A program made the translations under genes and the position numbers. DNA of 60,000 nucleotides, from contig NC_058383.1 in NCBI RefSeq assembly GCF_018350175.1, positions 6,388,001 through 6,448,000 of the forward strand, in the 5' to 3' direction. The notes under the pieces were generated by a model, which was given only the letters and a program-made list of their open reading frames with translations, was not told the DNA's origin and ran no database searches. The stretch is from Felis catus. Lineage: Eukaryota. This document shows, one piece after another, positions 50,691 through 60,000 of the stretch. Every line of letters starts with the position of its first letter. Within the stretch, counting starts at the first letter, position 1.

Positions 50691-53291
50691 GTGATGATTA
50701 GTTAAAAGTTTAAGAAAGCATTTTCAAGTCCATAATCCCACTTGATCATTTCATCAATTTTGTGAGATTAATAGTCATTATTATTATTATTATTATTATT
50801 CCCATTTCATAGTGGAAAAAAATAATGGCTCATGGAGCTTAAGTGACTTGCCCAAGGACAGAACTGAGACTCAAAGCCATGGAACTCTTTCCACTTGGGA
50901 GGTTTCTGCGATCTAAGAATGTTCTAGAAGCAAGCACTTAGTATCTGATTGGATAAGGTCACACTTTTCATTTCAAGCAGGGAGAGAAGACCACGCCAGA
51001 CCCACATACCCCCCACCTTCATGCATAGACAGGCTGACCTTGTAAGCCTAAGTAGGACTTAGAACAGGGCCTTCCCCTCTGGGTGCCTGGGAACATATGG
51101 AGCAAGTGACTGTTGAATGTCCAATAGCACAGCCTCTCTTAGGCTGGAACACCTACCATGTGGACCTTCCATAGCTGGCTCTTTGCTTCATAGAAAGGGG
51201 ACCTGTTCCAGGAGCAGTTGGTTCCCAGCCCAGGACCTGGCACACACGGGAGGAAATCTGTAGCTTTGACTTCCTGGTCCTGGATCTGGACAAGGGTCTG
51301 AGTTTCTTCAACATACCTTGACTGAGAACTCGGTTGCACCTGAGTTTCTGGGTCCTGGTCCTGGCACTGGGGGCAGCAGGGGGGGAGGCCTCATAGGGCA
51401 CTGAGGTTGGGGGTCCTCAGGCAGAAGGAACAGTGGAAACAGGATTGATCAGGTGCCATTCTTCCACCTTTATCTGCTGTATCTCCTCTGCCCTCCCCAG
51501 TCTGTCTCCCATTATAGCACTTAGTACAGTGTTTTCGCACCAGAGGCCAAGGGGCAACAGTGCAAAGCCCTCGAAGGCAGAGAAAGTATCTAACTAATTG
51601 TCTATCGTTGCTAGGGTAGAGCAAAGAACTTAGCCCAGAGCTCACAGAACTGGCAGAAGGAAGGAAGGCGGGGGAGAGGTTGACGCATAAGGGCCAACGG
51701 CCCTATTTCCTAAGCCAGCCCTTTGGGGGCAGGGCCCAGCTCTTTGTGTGTCTAAGTCCAAGGGTTTCTGGATGTAGATGCCAAGAATAATTCCTATCTC
51801 AACTGCCACCCGAACACAGTATTGTGCTTCGAGTCACTGTTCCCACCATATGGTTCCAGCTTTCATTCATACAACAAATATTTATCGATCATCTCATAGA
51901 TGCCAGGTACTGTACATCCATGAACTCACTTAATTCTTAGAACAAACCTCTTTAGTAAGTGCCACTACCATCCCCATTTTACAGACAAGAAAATGGAGGC
52001 TTGGAAAGGTCACAGAGCTAGTAAGGGGCACTCTCAGAAAATCTGGTTTTAGAGTCCTGTTTTTGACCAACATACTCTACTGCCTTCCAGGCCAAGTCTC
52101 TGCCCTCACCACGCTTACATTCTATGAGGGAAAGAGCCCAGAAATCATCTAATGGATCCAAAATGCCCTCTTGAGAGTGATAAGTGCTAGAAAGAAAAAT
52201 AAAGCCATGTCTCAGACGCTGACTCACTGTGTGTCTTTGGGCAAATTGCCTCACCTCTCTGAGCCTCTGTCTTTTTCATCTGCTAAAAGCAGGACCTTAC
52301 TCATCTGCCCCACCCACCTGCCCAGGTCTTTGGAAAGATCCAAATGAGCTAATGGACACAGGAGCCCTTTGTCTTAATTGAATCGATAACAACCCATGAC
52401 TCCAGGGAAATTTTTTCCCCTAGGGGATCTAAGTCAGCTTGCTTTCTATAGAAAGGCATAACCAAACTTCCCCCATATATCTTTATGAGCCAGATAATTC
52501 CAAGTCCAGTGCTATTCTTACTGTATTTCTAAAAGCAGAGAGCATCGCGTGTCCCCACTTACTCTTGGGAGGTACTAGTCACCTGACAGTTGCTTCGAGG
52601 GCCCTCCCCCAACCAAGCACTCTTACTGAAATGGAACTTTCTGGAACACCGACCACTAAAAAAGTCCCCAGTGAGAAGCTCAAACCATGAGAGACCAAGG
52701 GGCAGGTGCTAGATACCCTATGGTTGCTCCAGATCCGTTTGCCACCTTGCCTCATGTTGCAGGAGGCTGACCTCCCCCAGCTGCCTCCCCAAGTCCCTGC
52801 TCTCTGGCTTCTGGTTGGGTGGGTCTGGTTGAGCAGTAGCCGGGCCTCTGAGGACCTCACTTTTCCCACAACCATATCTGGGGGGGGGGTGGCTTTCTCG
52901 ATGTCTCTCTACCCACTGTCAGTTCCCCTTAACCCTGGCCCACCTTAGCCAGTAGTCTCTCTATTAAACCCCAGGCTGAGTGTGCAGTGTGCTCTCTCCT
53001 GCTGGGGCCTGGACTGAACAGTAAGAGACTGTAGGAATAAGCTGGAAGCATCCCTGCTTTGGTTGGGGCATTCCAAGGATGCGCTCCAGGCCCCGGCTTC
53101 CCGCCACCAGCCCCCCCCCCCCTCGCCACCAGCCCCTCGCAGCCTCTCCTGGATAACAATCTTCAAAGGCCCCGGGGGAGGGTGGGACGTGGGGAGGCCT
53201 CGTCCCTTGCTCCACCCAAAGATGGTCCACTTACATATGTTGACAAACCAGACTTCTGTACAAAGATCTGCCAATTCAAAGTTCTGCCACT

Positions 53292-53396
53292 GGGCACCTG
53301 GGTAGCTTAGTCAGTTGAGCGTCAGACGCTTGGTGTCGGCTCAGGTCATGATCCCACAGCTTCGTGGGTTCCAGCCAGTGCAGAGCCTGCTTGGGA

Positions 53397-53449
<53 letters not shown>

Positions 53450-54058
53450 CTCTGCCCCTCCCCCACTTGCACTGTCTCTGTCTCTTCAAATAAATAAACT
53501 TAAGAATCAAAGTTCTAAAGAAATTGAAAACAACTCTGTCAGGTGATCAGAATTTGGTTGGAATGGCACCTCAGCAACATCAATGACAGCCATGCTTGGA
53601 GGTGTCTCAGCCAAACTCTTATTTTACCTTTGGGGAAACTGAGGCCCAGCATGGGAGAAGGGTGTTAAGTATTCGGGCAGAGCAGGTGCTAATAAAGTTT
53701 CCATGTCATAACTGCTTATTAATACAATTCTTCATTGATGGATTCTAGTTTTCAGAACACAATAACAACGCCACAGGAATCAGCTGATTAAAGGGAAGTG
53801 TCTGCAAAATGTTAAAATGTACTACATTAAAAGTTATTTGATTACCGGGGCACTTGGGTGGCTCAGTCATTTGGGTGTCCTACTTCGGCTCAGGTCATGA
53901 TCTCACAGTTCGTGGGTTCAGGCCCCACGTCGGGCTCTGTGCTGACAGCTCAGAGCCTCGAGCCCACTTCCAATTCTGTGTCTCCCTCTCTCTCTGCCCC
54001 TGCCCCCCTTTCTCTCTCTCAGAAATAAGTAAACATTAAAAACATTGAAAAAAAAAAG
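53292..54058 (+). mobile_element. Two Can-SINEs (about 53292-53505 and 53847-54058)
   Basis: SINE heads; TSD AAAAGTT(A/C)TTTGATTACC for the second copy. Confidence 0.88.
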
Positions 54059-54174
54059 TTCTTTGATTACCACAGTAACGTAGCTTCTTCACAGGCCCAA
54101 ACCCAGAGAAACAAAAAAGGAAATCAGTTCTCTGCTCAAGTGGGTTCCTTTTTCCTTTAAGAGTGAATTAAGGC

Positions 54175-55540
54175 ATCCACAACCTAAATATAAACTCTAA
54201 AACCATACAACTCTTAGAAGAAAACGTAGGGGCAAATCTTCATAACCTTGAATTTGGCAGTAGCTTCTTAAATATGAGGCCAGAAGCACACTCAACAAAA
54301 GAAAAAAAATAGATAAATTGGACTTTGTTAAAATTAACTTTTGTACATCAAAGGGCATTGTCAAGACATTGATCAAGCCTACAGAATGGGAGAAAATATT
54401 TGCAAATCATATATTTGATAAAGATCTAGTATCTAAAAATATATAAAGAGCTCTTATGACTCAACAACAGATAAGACAAATAACCCAATTAAAAATGGGC
54501 AAATGACTTGAATAGACATTTTCCCAAAGATATGCAAATGACCAAAAAGCACATGAAAAGATGCTCAATATCATTGGTCATTAGGGAAATGTAGATAAAA
54601 ACCACAGTGAGATACCACTTCACACCCACTAGGATGACCATGATTAAAAACACAACAAAACAAACAAACAACAACAACAAAAAAGGAAAATAACAAGTGT
54701 TGGTGAGGATACAGAGAAGGTAAAATGATTCAGTCACTGTGGAAACAGGTGGTTCCTCAAAAAACTGAACACAGAATTACCAAACAATCCAGCAATTCTA
54801 TTCCTAGGTAAATATGTATTTAATTTTTTAAATTAGTTTATTTCTGAGAGAGAGAGAGGGAGGGAGGGAGAGGAAAGGGCAGAGAGAGAGGGAGAGAATC
54901 CCAACCAGGCTCTGCACTCAGCGTAGAGTCCGAAAAGGGGCTCAATCTCAGGAACCGCGAGATCACCACCTGCGCCGAAATCAAGAGTCAGACGCTTAAC
55001 CTACTGAGCCACCCGAGTGGCTCCTAGATAGATATATTTTTAAAAAACCGAAAACAGGCACTCAGACAAATAAATGTAACTATGTTCATAGCAGCACAAT
55101 TCACAATAGCCAAAAGGTGAGAACAACCCAAATGGCCACCAATGGGTGAACGGATAAAGTATGGCAGATACATACAATGGAATACTGTTCGGCCACAGAA
55201 AGGAGTCAAGTACTAATGTCTGCAACAAGGAGGGTGAACTTTGAAAACATGATGCTAAATGAAAGAAGCTAAGCCCAAGAGGTCACATGCCACATGATTC
55301 CATTCACATGAAATAACCGAGAATAGGTGAAACCACAAAGACAGAAAACAGCCTGATGGTTGCCAGGGTTGGGGAGAGGCTGTTTAAAGGCTCCCAGGTT
55401 TCCTTTGGGGCTGATGAAAATGTTTCGAAACTAGACAGAGGTGGCGGTTGCACAACATGGTGAATGTACTCAATGCCATTGAGTTACTCGCTTAAAATGG
55501 TTACTTTTATGTTCTATTAATTTTTCTCAATTCAAAAAAC
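54175..55540 (+). mobile_element. L1 (L1M-type) 3' portion with a reverse Can-SINE at about 54815-55024
   Basis: ORF2 3' and 3'UTR motifs. Confidence 0.85.
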
Positions 55541-55999
55541 AGTGACTGGGGGTGGAGAGAAGGGTGATGGCAGATGCCAGGAAGAAAGACCTCCAGACGC
55601 ATGTTGCTTCCAGACTCAGAGACCATCTCTGACCTGGAGAAGGGTACAAAAGTCACTTAGAGTCCATTCTTCCCACTTTACAGGTGGGAAAGGCAAGCCC
55701 AGGGAGGGCAATGACCTGCTCAAGGTCACTAAGTGCATGAGAAGCCACGGAGGAACTGGGGACCACTGGGCTTTAGGACTCAAAGCTGGAGTCACATCAT
55801 GATATCTCTGCTGGCCATGGTGGGCTGGAGGGGGCCTGTGGCCGTGAGCAAATGAGTGAAGTCCAAGCTCACACCGGTCTTCCAGGCTAATCATCAACCA
55901 GTTGGTTATCTGGGCTCATCCATGCCAAAGGCTTCAGATGACTCAACCCGGGTCTTCCTCCTTGAGAGTCGACTCCCTCCATGAGCAGATTCCCAGCTT

Positions 56000-56280
56000 T
56001 AAGTGGAAAACACATTAGCCAGCTGTTCTATTTCTGCCCACCGCCCGCACCCCTGGGCTGAGGTCATCAGTTTCCCCACAAGGGCAATGGGAGGAAGGAG
56101 GATGTCCTAAAATTACAGCATTCACTGATCCCCCCTGAGGGACCCGGGAGCATCCAGTCAAACGCTGGAAGGTGAAGCCAGCTGAGCCACCAGAGCCCTG
56201 AGGGGGTTCTTTTCTTTTTTAAGGTTTTGCTGGCTCAGACCTGTTGGGCAGGTATAAAAGGGAATGGCCAGCCTCTGCTG
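56000..56280 (+). promoter_or_regulatory. Muscle-type TATA promoter, probably of MYH16
   Basis: TATAAAAG 56253-56260; GGAATG (MCAT/TEAD) 56261-56266; CAGCTG E-boxes at 56020 and 56179; MEF2-like CTAAAATTAC 56107-56116 and CTATTTCTG at 56028; GC-rich box near 56040. Gene identity is inferred from synteny only. Confidence 0.6.
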
Positions 56281-56283
56281 GGC

Positions 56284-56310
56284 ACCCAGTCTCTTCCAGT
56301 GCTGTCTCAG
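56284..56310 (+). other. Putative non-coding first exon (likely MYH16)
   Basis: Starts about 30 nt after the TATA box with an Inr-like CCAGTCT and ends at donor CAG|gtgggt (56311). Confidence 0.5.
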
Positions 56311-56797
56311 GTGGGTACCATGGGGGATGCAGGGGGAGATGGGAAAGGGGGAGGTGGGGGCTGCGGAGGGGCCACCTGAGGAAAGTGGGTGTAATGATGA
56401 GAGACTGGCAAAGGGGGATCAGGAGATGAGCATTTTTTGAGCACCGGTCGGCCCCAGGGGCTGCAGAGGGAGCACCTCATTCAGTGTTCCAGGGGACGTG
56501 AGGGTGAGGAGGCAGCTGCCGGGGGGCTTGTGCCACATTCCACAGCGAGACAGGAGCCATCGGGATTTGAACCCGGATCAGTCCTGTTCACTGTACCACC
56601 TGCCTTCCCTGCTCGGGGGTGGGGGAGGAAGAAGGTGCTGGGTTCATGTCGGGCTCAACCCCAGCCCTGTCTTTCTGTCCTTCCCACCCTCTGTAATGCA
56701 TCTCTGCTCCCCCTCTCCCCTCCAGGACCCTTTCAGCCTCTGCATTCCTTGACCTAAGTGTTTTCTATGTACTTCATGATTTTAAAAAATGGGTCTT

Positions 56798-56935
56798 AGG
56801 GGCATCAGTTGGCTCAGTCAGAAGAGCATGCAACTCTTGATCTTGGGGTTGTGAGTTCGAGCCTCACATTGGGTGTAGAAATTACTTAAAAAATAAAAAA
56901 AAACTAAAAAAAATTTTTTAATTAAAAAAAAAAAG
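56798..56935 (+). mobile_element. Short Can-SINE
   Basis: tRNA-derived head plus A tail. Confidence 0.8.
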
Positions 56936-57217
56936 ACAGAAAAAGTGGGCTTAGTTATCAAGGATGCCTGGAAAGAGCTGTTGTCTGGGGGTACAGGAGT
57001 AGCTTGAATGTGCAGGGGGTGCCTGGGAGGTGAGCTCACAACTGAGCAAGAGGCTAGTGGCCACTGAGGGGGTGAGTGGTGTCCAAGACCTGTATAGTCC
57101 TTGGGGCAGTGTCTGGTTCCAGGGGTCTGTGCCCCGGGCCACCAGGCCAGGACAATAGCCACGATATCTCAGCTTGTGGTTCATGGCAAAACCATGAAGT
57201 GCACACATACGTGCACG

Positions 57218-57219
<2 letters not shown>

Positions 57220-57251
<32 letters not shown>
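57220..57251. repeat. (CA)n microsatellite
   Basis: Read directly. Confidence 0.95.
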
Positions 57252-57252
<1 letters not shown>

Positions 57253-57331
57253 CCTCACTGGAATAAACAAAGAATTTCTGGCCCTTCCTCCCACATTAGA
57301 GCAATTTTAAAAGGCACCCAGTCCTAGTCTT

Positions 57332-57540
57332 TTTTTTCAACGTTTATTTATTTTTGGGACAGAGAGAGACAGAGCATGAACGGGGGAGGGGCAGAGAGAG
57401 AGGGAGACACAGAATCGGAAACAGGCTCCAGGCTCTGAGCCATCAGCCCAGAGCCCGACGCGGGGCTTGAACTCACAGACCGCGAGATCGTGACCTGGCT
57501 GAAGTCGGACGCTTAACCGACTGCACCACCCAGGCGCCCC
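57332..57540 (-). mobile_element. Young SINEC_Fc
   Basis: Perfect TSD ACCCAGTCCTAGTCTT. Confidence 0.96.
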
Positions 57541-58205
57541 AACCCAGTCCTAGTCTTAAAAGTGGTTCTGTTTTAACAACAAGTCTGATGAATTTTAATC
57601 TGACTTTGCTGATACTTGCATTTTCTTTTCATGTGGATTTTGGTCTCATTTCCCTGGTGACTTCCATCTGTGTTAAACAGAATCAGGAAAATGAGGCAGC
57701 AAAAAGACAAAGCAATTGAGCCATCGGGGACAACAAATAACAAATGGAAGTCTATGTCGCACAATCCTCTCTCCCAGAAAGGGGGTTGGGGAGGCCCAAG
57801 GCAGCCACTGAACTGCCCAAGGTGACTTGTGGCAGAGCCCAGGGGGACCCAAGCGTCTTGGGTGCTGGACAAACTGCTGGAAGCTCTCAGGGATACAGAG
57901 GACTCTCAGCCCAGTGCTCCCCTGGATGGGACTCAGGACGGGTTAGGCAGGCTCTCTCCCTAGGCTCAGGGATCTTCAGTGGGAAAACAATTCCATCCTG
58001 ATTTTCACATCCTTTGACTGGAATGTATCATCCCCTCCCCTTTATAATCTCAGTCACCCACACCTGTGACTTTGTTGGCAATGGAAATCACTGCTATTTT
58101 CATATCGCGGTACAATTGATGCAGAGAGCTCGAAAGACTGTCAGTTTCCATTGTTGCTTCAGAAATACAGTGGTTGTCAGAGCTGCGGTCAGATCGTGTA
58201 ATTTG

Positions 58206-58439
58206 TTTTTTTTTATTTTTTTTATTTTTTTTTTTTAACGTTAATTTATTTTTGAGACAGAGAGAGACAGAGCATGAACGGGGGAGGGTCAGAGAGAGAG
58301 GGAGACACAGAATCTGAAACAGGCTCCAGGCTCTGAGCGGTCAGCACAGAGCCCGACGCGGGGCTCGAACTCACGGATCGCGAGATCATGACCTGAGCCG
58401 AAGTCGGCGGCTTAACCAACTGAGCCACCCAGGCGCCCC
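58206..58439 (-). mobile_element. Young Can-SINE (Fc subfamily variant)
   Basis: Perfect TSD AGATCGTGTAATTTG; CpG-rich. Confidence 0.95.
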
Positions 58440-59149
58440 TAGATCGTGTAATTTGATGCATTAGTGAAGGATTACGTGGACTGCCGTATCACGCGTTGTT
58501 TACTATTTTGCTAATTATATTCTCATACCGTTTGTTTCCTTGGTGACCCTATGCATTTTACTACCTGAATTTAAAAGTGTGTCCAGTGGGAACACAGACA
58601 TCACCGTCTGGCACAGGAGGCCCACCCTGCTGGCCTCATTATTTCCTGTGAAAGGGACCCACTTTGGGCTTGGGGAACCCAGGCTGCAAGCAGAACTCTC
58701 TAAGCTGGGCCCACAGAGAGGTGAGACTAGGAGGAAGTATCTGGCTTCACCGCCACCTCTTGCCTATCCTGGGTCAGCCTCTTTTGGAAACACCAGGGCC
58801 CCAGACAGGAAAAGCTGGAGCTGCCTGGAGGATAGCTCTGTGCAGCAGGGGCCTGGGAGGCACGGTCCTGAGACCCTTCCATCTCCAACTGGTTTATTTA
58901 GAGCTGGAGGCCATACTCAGCCTGGAGAACAGTGTTGCCTGTCAGAACCACACCCCTTCCCAAACTTTCAAGAAGGTTCTTCCCCTTCAAGACAAATTGG
59001 GATGCCCTGACTTCTCTCTTTGCTACCAGGAGTCCCCAGTTCTCCTCCCTCCTGATGGTTTGGTGAAATTGTCTAGATTTGGAGACCAAGAGGCCCCCAC
59101 TTGACCCTAGGCTGGCCTTGTCTTAAGAGAGGTAATCACTGAATCTGGG

Positions 59150-59610
59150 CAGTTATTCTGAACCGAGTGTTTGCTTAGCATCTGGTGAAGCCTGTAGACT
59201 TCAGCTCACATTAGTGTTTTAAAATACATTTAGAAAAAAAAAACAAACTACATAGGGTTACAAAGGAAACCCAATTGTATTAAAATACAGTTATCAAAAT
59301 ATTTAAAAGTCAATTTGTGATATAGTAATTAAAAGTACACTTCTGCATAAGTAGACTTAAATAGCAACTAACCGAGGGTCTAATAAAGCCATAATTTCAA
59401 AGTTGAAATGAGGGTAAATACTATTTTGAGATGTCTGCAACCACGCTAAAATGAAAGGAGACTAGCTGTGCTTTCTGTTGGGGACAAACCCGACAGAAAC
59501 TGTGTGACTGTGGTACTAATGTGGCTTGTGGCCTCTGCTCATACCTTAAGGGAAAACGGAAACCAAGTAGTTATTGTTTTCCTGTCCCAATTTCATGGTT
59601 GAAATCCTTA
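59150..59610. mobile_element. Ancient DNA-transposon remnant (hAT/Charlie-like)
   Basis: Recognised motif gttatcaaaatattt...aatttgtgatatagtaat...ggtctaata...attttgagat.tctgcaac; family not certain. Confidence 0.55.
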
Positions 59611-59800
59611 CTTTAAAATTTTTAAGGCTCTCATCTTCTCCTCCATAAAATGAGCTTCCTGATCCCTACCTCACAGCCCCAGTGTGAGGGGCATATGAGA
59701 GAGGCAGATACAGAAGTGTTTTGTGGTTGGTGGGGGGTAAGCAACTCTGTGGAGTTATTACCTCATTTCTTACTCTCAATTATTAAGACTTTATGGCACC

Positions 59801-60000
59801 AGGGCCCCTGGGTGGCTCAGTCGGTTAGGCGTCTGACTCTTGATTTTGGCTCATGTCACGATCTCGCAGTTTGTGAGATCGAGTGAGATCAAGATCACAC
59901 TCTCTTTCTCTCAAAATAAATAAACATTATAAAAAATTTTTAATATTTATTTATTTTTGAGAGAGATTGACAGAACGCAAGCAGGGGAGGGGTAGAGAGA
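59801..60000. mobile_element. Internally deleted + strand Can-SINE abutting the tail of a reverse Can-SINE
   Basis: Head at 59801; reverse tail from about 59936. Confidence 0.8.

Noticed and set aside
58540..59104. Overlapping 146-156 aa ORFs as possible myosin coding exons
   Set aside because: They have no myosin motor or N-terminal SH3-like motifs and are probably chance ORFs in GC-richer intronic DNA.
2937..59940. tRNA-like A/B-box sequences throughout the window
   Set aside because: They are tRNA-derived SINE heads followed by CT tracts and A tails, not tRNA genes.
1..60000. CRISPR-like or other prokaryotic systems
   Set aside because: This is mammalian DNA; there are no regularly spaced repeat-spacer arrays or operon-like ORF clusters.

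Overview
Repeat-dense mammalian genomic DNA, almost certainly felid (cat-like), judged from abundant SINEC_Fc-type Can-SINEs. The window holds the complete coding region of KPNA7 (importin alpha-8 / karyopherin alpha 7) on the minus strand. It has 10 coding exons from ATG 36416 to TAA 12768, all with GT-AG boundaries and consistent phases, giving about 523 aa, followed by a short 3'UTR with AATAAA at 12692-12697. About 20 kb upstream, on the plus strand, is a muscle-type promoter (TATAAAAG, MCAT, E-boxes, MEF2-like sites) with a short non-coding first exon. By recalled human synteny (KPNA7-MYH16-ARPC1A) this is probably the start of MYH16 (masticatory/superfast myosin), whose coding exons are not in the window. 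A candidate MEF2/E-box enhancer lies at about 48.5-48.8 kb. The rest is transposable elements: dozens of Can-SINEs (several young, with TSDs), L1, L2 and MIR fragments, MaLR LTRs, MER58, a near full-length Tigger-type transposon nested in an LTR, and microsatellites. Apart from the KPNA7 exons and decayed Tigger transposase fragments, the ORF track appears to be spurious or repeat-derived. I found no convincing evidence of a wholly novel biological system. Repeat subfamily names, synteny and cross-species comparisons are from memory and need verifying; coordinates of old repeats are approximate.
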